DNA from: an uncultured Candidatus Peribacteria bacterium
GTDB lineage: Bacteria > Patescibacteriota > Gracilibacteria > JAUYGZ01
NCBI GenBank assembly: GCA_964634525.1
Contig: CAZWLI010000018.1
Coordinates: 1-41,288 of the forward strand
Direction of reading: 5' to 3'
Length of the DNA: 41,288 nucleotides
Below, piece by piece: positions 1 to 8,424 of the stretch. The notes under the pieces are model-generated. The model did no database searches and had not been told where the DNA came from. It saw only the letters and a list, made by a program, of their open reading frames with translations. The number at the start of each line of letters is the position of its first letter. The first letter of the stretch is position 1. A program made the position numbers and the translations under genes.

Positions 1-1
1 C

Positions 2-733
2 GCCATGGGAAATACGGCGCCGTTCGCCAGCAGTCCGATCACTGCTGCGAGCCAACCAGCAATCCAGCCAACCAGCCCTCCACAGGCGGGCAGGCAACCA
101 GCCAACCAGACTTTCAAGGGCTCTGCAGAGATCAAAAATCCTTTTGTCGACGTGACACCACAGACCAAATACTTTGATGCCATCATGAAGATAGAGCAGC
201 TGGGCCTCATGAAAGGCAGCAACGTTGAAATCGGCACAATCTTCGAACCCGAACGCAAAATGGACCGCGCGCAATTTGCAACCGTCATGATGCGCCTGAA
301 GAATATCTTCTCCCTCACGGCCGATGAGAGCATCACGCCCGAAGCCTGCATCTTCTCTGAAGTCGACCCTCTCGAGTGGTATGCCGAGGCCATCACCGAA
401 GCCTGCCAGGATGGCCTCGTGAAAGGCTATCCGGATCACACCTTCCGGCCAACCGTGCTCGTGAACTACGCCGAAGTGCTTGCCGTCGTGATCCGAACTA
501 TCGCAACATTCGACCCCGTCGTCACTGACGAACTGCATCGACAGGTAGCGATGAGGAGCAGCGGGCGCGGAGCGTGGTATGACCCCTTCATCGACGTTGC
601 CCTCGATCTTCGTATCTTGAGCAAAGAAGCGGATACAGAAATGAGTGATCGCCAGCCCTGGTCGCAAGCGCCTCGCGCCTGGGTGGCGGACGTCATCGTC
701 CGCATGGTCGAGGCAACCCAAGCTCAACCGTAA
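2..733 (+). CDS. SLH-domain cell-surface protein, C-terminal part; the 5' end probably lies outside the window
   Basis: The frame is open from position 2, and the track ORF is 5..733 ending at TAA 731-733. There is no signal peptide or TM segment at the apparent N-terminus. Three SLH-like repeats are present (FVDVTPQTKYFDAIMKIEQLGLMKGS; FSEVDPLEWYAEAITEACQDGLVKGYPDHTFRP; a third degenerate copy). The region is paralogous to the C-terminus of the 1131-aa protein at 1915..5310. Confidence 0.7.
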   Translation, partial: AMGNTAPFASSPITAASQPAIQPTSPPQAGRQPANQTFKGSAEIKNPFVDVTPQTKYFDAIMKIEQLGLMKGSNVEIGTIFEPERKMDRAQFATVMMRLKNIFSLTADESITPEACIFSEVDPLEWYAEAITEACQDGLVKGYPDHTFRPTVLVNYAEVLAVVIRTIATFDPVVTDELHRQVAMRSSGRGAWYDPFIDVALDLRILSKEADTEMSDRQPWSQAPRAWVADVIVRMVEATQAQP

Positions 734-921
734 TTTGGGCCTCGACATCCTTCACCCCCGAGATCTTTTGCCGTAAAGCTGGCCATTTCTTATTGAAATA
801 ACTTATATTTTAGTTTATCATGTATATATAAAACATAAGTTTATATTTACATGTTTTCCCGGTTACAAGATTTCACCGGCAGGGGGTAAGGAAAGCTGAA
901 GTTCAGAAAATCCCTCAGCTT

Positions 922-1818
922 TTGGATGAAATTCACTGGCTTATCACCAATACGAAACATTCCTTTATTCTCTGCGGATCGAGCGCTCGGAAGCTCAAGC
1001 GGGGAGGGGCGAATCTTCTCGGCGGAAGGGCTCTTCGATATGAACTCTTTCCCCTTGTCTCGGCAGAGATTCCTGATTTTGACCTGATCCGTGCCCTCAA
1101 TCATGGTCTCCTTCCTCGCCATTATCTCGCGGAGGATGTGAAAGGACTCCACGAAGCCTATGTTGGAGACTATCTTCGTGAGGAAATTGCCGCTGAAGCT
1201 CTGACGAGAAATATTGCCGGCTTTGCCAGATTTTTGGAAGTGGCGGCCCTGAGCAATGGCGAGATGATCAATTTTCACAACATTGCCCGTGAATGTGGCG
1301 TTAGTCTTCCGACAGCGAAAGCCTATTTTCAGATTTTGGAAGACACGCTCCTCGGTCGTTTCCTTCCGGCGTATCGGAAGAAAATGAAACGACGGGTTAT
1401 TCGATCGCCAAAGTTCTATTATTTCGATGTCGGGATCGTCAATTTTCTTCTGAAACGCGGGCGCATGGAGGCCGGTGGGGAAATTTTCGGGAAGGCTTTT
1501 GAGCATTTTATTTTCCAGGAACTGACGGCTCACCGTGAATATACGAAACTTCAGTATCCTTTGAGTTTTTGGCGGACAAGCTCGGGAATAGAGGTGGATT
1601 TTGTGCTGGGAGATGCCGAGATCGCCCTGGAGGTGAAAGGAACGCGAGAAGTCCAACCACACCAGCTGAAAGGACTTTTGGGTTTCCAAGAAGAGTGTCG
1701 ACCTCGTCGAAGCATCGTCGTTTCTCTTGATCCCCGCCCCCGTCGATCTGGAGATATAGAAATTCTTCCCTGGCCAATATTTTTGCAGGAGCTTTGGAGT
1801 GGGAAGATCATGGGATGA
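922..1818 (+). pseudogene. 5'-truncated AAA+ ATPase of the AAA_14/DUF4143 family (remnant lacking the P-loop)
   Basis: The ORF begins at TTG and reads LLDEIHWLITNTKHSFILCGSSARKLKRGG, followed by a DUF4143-like C-terminal half. Homology continues upstream (..AEVQKIPQLL) but the frame closes at TAA 829-831. No GxxxxGKT Walker A is present. An AT-rich junction lies at 780-860. Confidence 0.6.
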
Positions 1819-1914
1819 TGATCCCACAACGCATTTTTTTGCGAGCAAGCCTGACTCATTGCCTCACGAGGAAAAAAATGGTGTGATCTATCCAATTATT
1901 CTTCTTTTTTTGAT

Positions 1915-4900
1915 ATGGTCTCCAATGATTTCTTCCATTCCCCAGGCAAGATGTGGCTCGTGGGGCTTTTGATCGTGGCCATTGTGTCGGGTGGTGTCGC
2001 CTATCAGCCGAAATTGCTGAAGGGGCTCAAGGGGCAAGTGCTAGTCGCTAACCCTTGCGGTAGCGCTCCAGCATCTTCCGCTTATCTGATTGCAAGTAAT
2101 CCAGATCTGAATTTTTTTCAAAATCCGACGCTTACCGTGAATGTTGTCCCAGGCTGCACCATCTATTCCGTGAGTTTTAATTCGTCACCAATCGATGCAG
2201 CGCCTTATACAAGGATCACACTCAACGGAAAAATTGTCACCGTTACTGTCCAAGTAGATCCTTCTTTCCTTTCAGGGAAAAACACTGTTTCCTTCAGCAC
2301 CCAAGGAGATCTTGCAGATACCGTGGTGGTTGTTGTCACCGACAAAAATGGTACTGAGCATACTGTAACCTTTTCAAAAAATCCGACATCATCTGGCGAT
2401 GCTGGAGCAGGAACAAGTGTCTTGAGGTACGATACCCCGAAAAATGCAGTCGTAAATAAAGAATTTATCGTATCACTCAAATTCCTAGCTGATACTGTCC
2501 AACTTCTAAGATTTTTTCCCCGTACTGGTAAAAATGCAGAGGATTGGGGTCATCCGCTGAATTATCCAGAAGAATATGAAATTACAAATGCGACAGTTGA
2601 TGGAGTACCAGCAGTAGTTAAGTATTCAACTAGTCCCGATTTCGGATCTCGTGCTGAGTTAACCCCACCGCCGAACAACAGTGCTAAAACCTTGACCATC
2701 GTGATGAAGGTGAAGAAAGAAGGAACTTTATGGATTGGACAGGGGACGGGAGTAGGAACGAACTCCAGCTATGAGACAGATGCTGATCCCATTCCCATCA
2801 CCGTGGCGAATGAAGTAAACGGTGGGGGAAGTGGCACCGCCACTGGTACCGGGACGGGTACGGGAGGAACAACAAGTGGCGAGCAAAATAATACGGTGAC
2901 TAAAGAAGATCTTGAAAAAGAAGTTAAGAAAATCCTTGAAGATACAAACAAAGATAAGAAAGAAGGGGAAAAACTCAAACTCCACGGAGCAGCGGTTTTA
3001 GAAGACGGAACCATAATCATTGTTCTGCAACCGAACACTATTCCTGCAGGGGAGAAAGTTGATGAGGCAGGGACTATAAAATATGCTCCTGGGGTATTCT
3101 TGGTTTACATTGGGAAAAAAGGGGACGTAAGAAAGGCTGAAGATCGTGTAGCCTTTGGGAAAGGATTTAGGGGTTCTCAAACTGAAATCAGTGTTGGTGC
3201 CCTTGTAGATAATAAATTATATTTTTTAGAAATTTATCTTGATCCTACGAGGGGGACCCCAAATAGGATTTCTGGAGAAAAAGAAAATCAGCAATTAAAA
3301 ATAAAAATATCTATTCCTGAAAGTTCAACTGGTAGTTCTGGTGCCGGCGCAGGCGCCGGGGGAGCAGGCCCGAATCAAAACAGCGATCTGCCAACCCGCC
3401 AAATCTTCGTGACGAGCGATACCTCCACGCCCAACCAATTCCGAGGCTATCCCTTCATGGATGCCCTCTGCGACAAGGTGGCGAATGATGCGGGAGTGAA
3501 GCACAGCCCAGGAGCTCAGGGCTGGCTTGCGCTGGTGAGCAGCAAGGTTGAGCCGAAGCGTGTGGCGGCGGATCTCCTGAAAGACGGTGTGATGTACACT
3601 CGCGTCCCGAGAACAGCTCCTGCTCAGACTCCAAAAGATGCGAGAGATCCGGAAGAGATGGGGCGTGTGGACATTGGAAAAAAAGCTGACATCCTCAGTG
3701 GAAAGGCTTCGAAGTCCGTGCTCGCAACGGAAAAAGGAAAGAGTCCTGGCGAGACTGGACTTCCCTTCTATTATTTCAAAGACCTGAAAGGTCTTGCGAA
3801 TAATGGCCAAGCCTGGACCGGATCGAGCCCAGACGGCCAGCCCAATGGGAGGGATTGCGGAGGTTGGAGCTCCGATCAGGGCGCGGGAACCTATGGCAAT
3901 GCCGATGGTATTCCGGATCTTGTCGGCAAGGATCACAATGACTGTACGAACAAACAACCTCTCTACTGCGTGGAGCAGGATGGGGTGACTCCGGCTGCTG
4001 TCAACAGCCCGATCACCCAAGTTCTGGTGGCAAATCAACCGACCACAGTAACCCCTCCAACAGGAGGAACAATCATCGGAATGACCATCACCCCAACCAA
4101 TGCCCCTGCTGCGGGAGAAAAGCCGGGTATTTATTATACCGAATACAAGAAGCAGCCAACCGGGGAAACAGTTCCAAGCAATTCAAGATTCGTATCGGGA
4201 TTTGATGTTTCACTTCCTGGTGTTGACATCAAAGAAGGATGTATGACGATCAAAGTCTACGAAAAAGATTTTCCCGGGACCATTGAACGCAATTTTGCTA
4301 TACGTCACACAAGAAAAGATGGAACTCAAGAATGGCTGAACTGGGCTGATAAGGGAATTGTGACCGATGCTGGAGGCGTCTATCACAATATTGAAGTATG
4401 TTCTTCGAGCTTCTCGCCGTTCTCCATCTACTCTGTTCCCGATACCAAAAATCCAGATTCGAACACTCCTGCCGTAACCCAACCCGCCACAACCATCCAG
4501 CCAACAACCAATAATCAGCAACCAGTAACCGCTCAACCAGCCGGCGGCGTGAGCTATGGCGCCATTGGCAACAATTCTCCGGCAAGTTCTGCGGCCTCTT
4601 CCGACTCTTCGACAGCGACTGCACCATCTTCAGCGACTACCCCATCAACCACAAAATCTTCGGCTTCCAACGTGACGCAGGAGAAAGCGGTACTGAATGA
4701 AAATAAATTGAAGGAGTCTACAACCGTGCAAGAAAAAATCGCCTTCTCGGACGTGGGCAGCAAGAGTCCGTACAAAGCGGCCATTCAGAAGGTCGCGGAG
4801 AAGGGCATCATGACCGGCAGCCGCGATCCCCTGAAGCCAAGCCAGAAGCTCTTCAAAGAAAACAATGCGCTCAATCGCGCCGAACTGACCTCGATCATTA

Positions 4901-5310
4901 TCCGCTGGCTTTTCCCCAACCATGGAAGCCCATCAAAAACTCAAGCCTGTATCTTCAAGGATGTCGACCTGACGGCGTGGTTCGGAGACTTCGTCTTCAA
5001 AGCCTGTGAAGAGAAGCTCGTGAAAGGCTACACCGACCAGTCCTTCCGCCCCGAGAGCTCGGTGAATGTGGTCGAGGCGCTCAAGATCATCGTGGAAGCC
5101 GGCGCACGATTTGCCCCCCAGACCATCGGCGCTTCGCTGAAGCAAAAACTGAACGCTCAAAAAAGCACGGACCAGTGGTACAGCGCCTATCTGCGAACAG
5201 CTGAGAAGAGTGGCCTCCTCAGCTCGGCTCAAGTTGGGGCCGTGAAGAAGAATCCCTCTGCTGCTGCCAGCCGCGGATGGGTCGCGCAGATGATCGCCAA
5301 TATCCTTTGA
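1915..5310 (+). CDS. Large surface protein (1131 aa): N-terminal TM anchor, beta-rich region, DUF1554-like Cys domain, three C-terminal SLH repeats
   Basis: Long intact ORF with an N-terminal hydrophobic helix (MWLVGLLIVAIVSGGV). Gly/Thr and Gly/Ala linkers are present. The segment RQIFVTSD...CDKVAND...WTGS...CGGWSS...LYCVEQ (nt ~3395-3978) matches my recollection of the DUF1554 signature. The C-terminal SLH repeats include FSDVGSKSPYKAAIQKVAEKGIMTGS and FKDVDLTAWFGDFVFKACEEKLVKGYTDQSFRP. Confidence 0.85.
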   Translation: MVSNDFFHSPGKMWLVGLLIVAIVSGGVAYQPKLLKGLKGQVLVANPCGSAPASSAYLIASNPDLNFFQNPTLTVNVVPGCTIYSVSFNSSPIDAAPYTRITLNGKIVTVTVQVDPSFLSGKNTVSFSTQGDLADTVVVVVTDKNGTEHTVTFSKNPTSSGDAGAGTSVLRYDTPKNAVVNKEFIVSLKFLADTVQLLRFFPRTGKNAEDWGHPLNYPEEYEITNATVDGVPAVVKYSTSPDFGSRAELTPPPNNSAKTLTIVMKVKKEGTLWIGQGTGVGTNSSYETDADPIPITVANEVNGGGSGTATGTGTGTGGTTSGEQNNTVTKEDLEKEVKKILEDTNKDKKEGEKLKLHGAAVLEDGTIIIVLQPNTIPAGEKVDEAGTIKYAPGVFLVYIGKKGDVRKAEDRVAFGKGFRGSQTEISVGALVDNKLYFLEIYLDPTRGTPNRISGEKENQQLKIKISIPESSTGSSGAGAGAGGAGPNQNSDLPTRQIFVTSDTSTPNQFRGYPFMDALCDKVANDAGVKHSPGAQGWLALVSSKVEPKRVAADLLKDGVMYTRVPRTAPAQTPKDARDPEEMGRVDIGKKADILSGKASKSVLATEKGKSPGETGLPFYYFKDLKGLANNGQAWTGSSPDGQPNGRDCGGWSSDQGAGTYGNADGIPDLVGKDHNDCTNKQPLYCVEQDGVTPAAVNSPITQVLVANQPTTVTPPTGGTIIGMTITPTNAPAAGEKPGIYYTEYKKQPTGETVPSNSRFVSGFDVSLPGVDIKEGCMTIKVYEKDFPGTIERNFAIRHTRKDGTQEWLNWADKGIVTDAGGVYHNIEVCSSSFSPFSIYSVPDTKNPDSNTPAVTQPATTIQPTTNNQQPVTAQPAGGVSYGAIGNNSPASSAASSDSSTATAPSSATTPSTTKSSASNVTQEKAVLNENKLKESTTVQEKIAFSDVGSKSPYKAAIQKVAEKGIMTGSRDPLKPSQKLFKENNALNRAELTSIIIRWLFPNHGSPSKTQACIFKDVDLTAWFGDFVFKACEEKLVKGYTDQSFRPESSVNVVEALKIIVEAGARFAPQTIGASLKQKLNAQKSTDQWYSAYLRTAEKSGLLSSAQVGAVKKNPSAAASRGWVAQMIANIL

Positions 5311-5358
5311 TTCCTAACCAGCTAACTAGCTAACAAGCCAAGAAGCTAACAAGCTAAC
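5311..5358. repeat. AGCTAAC-type short repeat tract containing the 18-mer aagaagctaacaagctaa
   Basis: ttcctaaccagctaactagctaacaagccaagaagctaacaagctaac. The 18-mer at 5340-5357 is identical to 41037-41054 and matches 39107-39124 at 17 of 18 positions. Confidence 0.9.
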
Positions 5359-5370
5359 CCCCTCTCCCCC

Positions 5371-6090
5371 ATGCCCCGCTATTCCCCCCCTCCGCGTCCT
5401 TCTTCTTCGCGAATGTGGGTTGTCGTGCTGATCATCCTCATCGCTGTTGGCGCCGGATGGTACTTCCGCGCGCAGCTCGGACTGAATCTCAAGTCCAGCA
5501 TCACGACTCTTCCTCCTCTCTTCAGCCAGCAGGTGAGGGTATCCAATAATCTTGCTGTCTTCGATCAAGATACCAAAGCCAGCAATGCGGCGTTTTTACG
5601 AAACATTTCTTTCAACAATGGTGAGGTGGTGAAAGTTTCCGTACAGGAAGTATTGCCTCCATCAGTGCTTCCCGGGATGCCGATTCGAGCGCTCTCCATC
5701 ACCTTCGAAAATGCGAAGGGTGAGAAGATTGAGGCCAACAGCACCGTAACCCTCAGTGTTGTAGCAGAAAAAATTTCTGATCCCGGCCTGATCAAACTCT
5801 ATCACCTGGGAAAAAAAGGATCCGAGACGCTGAATATCGTGAAGGCGGACAGAAATCTGAACTTTTGGGATTTTACTTTTCAGCCGACTGAACTGCCCGC
5901 CACTCCCCTGCCGACCGGACAGACAGGCAATGGCCTCTTCGTGCTTCTGAAGCTGAGCGCCGCTCCGCAGGCTATGCCTGTAGCCACTGCGCCTGTGGTC
6001 GGGCTCAGTCCTCCACCCATGATGAAAAGTGCTGCGCCTTCGCCAGCGCGTGAGAGCCTGCGTGAAAAGAGGCTCAAGAAAAGCAAATAG
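5371..6090 (+). CDS. Membrane-anchored hypothetical protein (239 aa)
   Basis: ATG ORF with a Pro/Arg-rich N-terminus followed by a TM helix (MWVVVLIILIAVGAGWYF). The C-terminus is Pro/Ala-rich. I recognise no family. Confidence 0.6.
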   Translation: MPRYSPPPRPSSSRMWVVVLIILIAVGAGWYFRAQLGLNLKSSITTLPPLFSQQVRVSNNLAVFDQDTKASNAAFLRNISFNNGEVVKVSVQEVLPPSVLPGMPIRALSITFENAKGEKIEANSTVTLSVVAEKISDPGLIKLYHLGKKGSETLNIVKADRNLNFWDFTFQPTELPATPLPTGQTGNGLFVLLKLSAAPQAMPVATAPVVGLSPPPMMKSAAPSPARESLREKRLKKSK

Positions 6091-6122
6091 GCGATGCGAA
6101 TAAATTCCCCCCTCTCCAGCTC

Positions 6123-6136
6123 CCCCGCGGACGGGG
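6123..6136 (+). terminator. Weak candidate terminator hairpin after the 239-aa gene
   Basis: CCCCG-CGGA-CGGGG lies 32 nt after the TAG stop. It is followed by T-containing sequence but no true U-tract. Confidence 0.25.
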
Positions 6137-6161
6137 TGAATTGCGTTCTGTATTCCTAAAC

Positions 6162-6182
6162 CCTGCCTGTCCGGCAGGCAGG
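6162..6182. repeat. GC-rich palindromic element CCTGCCTG-TCCGG-CAGGCAGG flanked by CCTAAAC motifs
   Basis: A perfect 8-bp stem with a 5-nt loop. The 23-nt segment 6161-6183 around it matches the reverse complement of 40963-40985 at 20 of 23 positions. Confidence 0.85.
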
Positions 6183-6205
6183 CCTATACCCTAAACCCTC
6201 TTTTC

Positions 6206-6418
6206 GGTGCCTGCGCCGGCGCTACCCTCTACTCTGTCGAGAGCTTGCGACACATCGGCCTCTTCGACTCAGATTTTTTCCTAAACTACGAAGACAGCGA
6301 TCTCTCGCTCCGGGCCCTGGTGAATGGTTGGCGAATAGCGCACTGCCCCTCTTCGATCGTGTACCACAAAAGCCAAGCTTCCCAAGTTGGAATACTTAGG
6401 CCTCAAACAATGAGCTAA
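6206..6418 (+). pseudogene. Glycosyltransferase family 2 C-terminal fragment (no start codon, N-terminal catalytic part missing)
   Basis: Manual translation gives GACAGATLYSVESLRHIGLFDSDFFLNYEDSDLSLRALVNGWRIAHCPSSIVYHKSQ. This follows the GT2 pattern G.C...R......G.FDE.FF.Y.ED.DL..R....G......P...V.H. It covers only about 70 codons, has no start codon, and is preceded directly by the repeat/hairpin region. Confidence 0.55.
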
Positions 6419-6554
6419 AGTTTTCAAACTCACTAACCATTACAAAAAGTAAACGCTGGAAGAGGAATCAGCCATCATGGATATCCGTGTATTGGAAATA
6501 TTTGAAAGCAATCCGGTCCGGATGAAGATAATGACGAGACTTTGCCTCGAAGAG

Positions 6555-8072
6555 TCAGCAAATATCATCGATTCGGAAATCCGCATCATGATAACCAAAA
6601 CGATGTTTCAGAACATAATCTTGTAGGGCAGCCTGACGGAGCGGTGGCAACTCAAATTGTTGCCCCAGCACTCCGGCTCTCGCCTGTTCGACAACTGGTC
6701 GAAGATACCGCTCCATCTCAACCTGAAACTTAAGAAAATCAGCTATAAACTCTGGCGTATCTTTTTTATCCGAAAAGTATTCCGTTTGTGCTGTACATTC
6801 GATACGAAAACCATCGTTTTTTCCAGTAATTTTTACCTTGTGCCACCAATATGGAGGACGATTCACCAGAAGTGTGAAACTTTTATCATCAAGTGGCCCA
6901 ACTTGGAGGTCGTGATCGTCCAGGGAAATGATTTCTGGAAATGTCGATCGTTCCGACAGCTTGAGCAGCATGCGAGCCGCATCCGGCAATGTTGTTGCTG
7001 TTCCCAAAAATTTCATGAGATGCCGCTCGATATCTGCTTTTTCACGCTTCGTTGCATACGAAAAAAAATCCACCTTTGCTTGTCCTGAGACGACTGTGAG
7101 CCGAAGCTCTACAGGTATAGTTCCCCATTGAAGTGTCGCTTTCATTTCCTGAGGGTCCTTGAGCAACTCAAGTTTTTTCAGGAGCGATCTTTTTCGACTT
7201 TCCTCTCGCTGCTCCAGAGATCGTCGAATCTCCGCTGCGGCATGGTCTCTCGCCCACCATCTCGAGCTTCCAAATCCTTCCGGGTGGCAGTAATACCATT
7301 CATAATGCCCACCTTCTTTCACGCGCATCAATCCACCACATTCGATGACGCGTCCCATCTCCGGAACAGCAATATCTTTTTCCCCTGAAGAAATACTTTT
7401 TCTCAATTGATCAAGATCTGCATGCTCGCCAAGGATGTTAAAGATTTGAGGATCGTCGCAAGACAAAGGGTGCAAAGCAACGAGCTCCCCTTTTTGTGCT
7501 TTCTGCTCAAAAACTTTTTGCGGACCTACAAAATATTCCCCCGTACATTCCTTCAAGTTCCCGTTTTGGTCATAGCGAAACCAATACTCCTTTTGACCAT
7601 ATTGCACGCGAAACAGCTGAGGGTCAAAGGACTCAGTTCCAGCTTCTCCTGTTTCAGAAAAAACGAGTTTTGTAGCGCTATATTCATCATCGGCACGCAC
7701 TGGGCGTCCGTCTTGGGATTCCATTTGATGATGAGTGATACGAAGAGCTTGATACAGCGATTGAGAAGACGGCAATTCTGCAACATGCTCAAGAGCGATT
7801 CCCTCCATATCCGCTGAAACCGTGAGCCCAAGTTGATGGGCAATAGCATATTTCCAGACCTCCTTTTTTGCTTGAAAAAGAGGATCTGTTTTAAGATCTC
7901 TTGGCAACAAAACCCTTTCACAAGGATAATGGCCTTGCTTCATCTGAGCTTGCGCCTCTTTCCATCTCAGTTGATGTGGTGACATGCTTTTTTCCATATC
8001 CGAAGCTGGTTCAAAATCAAACAACCTCATCAGTCTATCATCCGAACCTCCAATAGGAATAAATTCTGGCAT
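6555..8072 (-). CDS. Hypothetical protein (505 aa), no recognisable domain
   Basis: Long intact ATG ORF. It starts 9 nt downstream of the stop of the 85-aa ORF, so co-transcription is likely. No signal peptide, TM segment or known motif was seen. Confidence 0.7.
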   Translation of the reverse strand: MPEFIPIGGSDDRLMRLFDFEPASDMEKSMSPHQLRWKEAQAQMKQGHYPCERVLLPRDLKTDPLFQAKKEVWKYAIAHQLGLTVSADMEGIALEHVAELPSSQSLYQALRITHHQMESQDGRPVRADDEYSATKLVFSETGEAGTESFDPQLFRVQYGQKEYWFRYDQNGNLKECTGEYFVGPQKVFEQKAQKGELVALHPLSCDDPQIFNILGEHADLDQLRKSISSGEKDIAVPEMGRVIECGGLMRVKEGGHYEWYYCHPEGFGSSRWWARDHAAAEIRRSLEQREESRKRSLLKKLELLKDPQEMKATLQWGTIPVELRLTVVSGQAKVDFFSYATKREKADIERHLMKFLGTATTLPDAARMLLKLSERSTFPEIISLDDHDLQVGPLDDKSFTLLVNRPPYWWHKVKITGKNDGFRIECTAQTEYFSDKKDTPEFIADFLKFQVEMERYLRPVVEQARAGVLGQQFELPPLRQAALQDYVLKHRFGYHDADFRIDDIC

Positions 8073-8081
8073 AGCATGAGA

Positions 8082-8339
8082 TTAGCGAGTGGCAAAAGCT
8101 CCAACCTGGTCTAATTCAGATTCCAAAGCTACTCCCGTCGCAAGATTCCCGATATCTTCCGGCAAGAGAGCAAATTTTGGATCGATACGAGAAGTATTTG
8201 ATTGGGCAGCTCGAAGCTGACTGACCCTGTCTTCTAACTTGGCTGTAATTTTGCGAGCTCTATCTTGAGGCGAAAGTTCTGTCACAGGAGCAAAGATAGC
8301 GTCCCAATCAGGAGCTTCCGGGTCTTTTGAGTCTGGCAT
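8082..8339 (-). CDS. Small hypothetical protein (85 aa), first gene of a two-gene unit
   Basis: ATG ORF lying 22 nt downstream of an extended -10-like element and tightly followed by the 505-aa ORF. The protein is acidic and predicted helical. Confidence 0.5.
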   Translation of the reverse strand: MPDSKDPEAPDWDAIFAPVTELSPQDRARKITAKLEDRVSQLRAAQSNTSRIDPKFALLPEDIGNLATGVALESELDQVGAFATR

Positions 8340-8361
8340 ATTTTACAAAAAAATCTTTATC

Positions 8362-8370
8362 ATTATACCA
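8362..8370 (-). promoter_or_regulatory. Candidate extended -10 promoter (TGGTATAAT on the - strand) for the 85-aa/505-aa unit
   Basis: The reverse complement of 8362-8370 reads TGGTATAAT, matching TGnTATAAT. It sits 22 nt upstream of the ATG at 8339, in an AT-rich divergent intergenic region. Confidence 0.35.
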
Positions 8371-8396
8371 TGCTTCAATAGATCCCTAAAAAACGG

Positions 8397-8424
8397 TTGA
8401 CATTATTGGCATAGTTATTATATA
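8397..8424 (+). promoter_or_regulatory. Candidate sigma70-like promoter for the ADP-ribosylglycohydrolase gene
   Basis: TTGACA at 8397-8402, a 16-nt spacer, then TATATA at 8419-8424. Further TATAAT hexamers occur at 8426-8431 and 8434-8439. The ATG is at 8445, so the leader would be very short. Confidence 0.35.

Noticed and set aside
847-1848. 333-aa ORF on the - strand
   Set aside because: It is entirely antisense to the AAA+/DUF4143 remnant, which has clear family motifs. It has no recognisable motifs and its composition is typical of a shadow ORF.
3325-4038. 237-aa ORF on the - strand, and other 60-150-aa ORFs inside 1915-5310
   Set aside because: They are antisense or out-of-frame shadows of the 1131-aa gene, with Arg/Ser/His-rich composition and no motifs.
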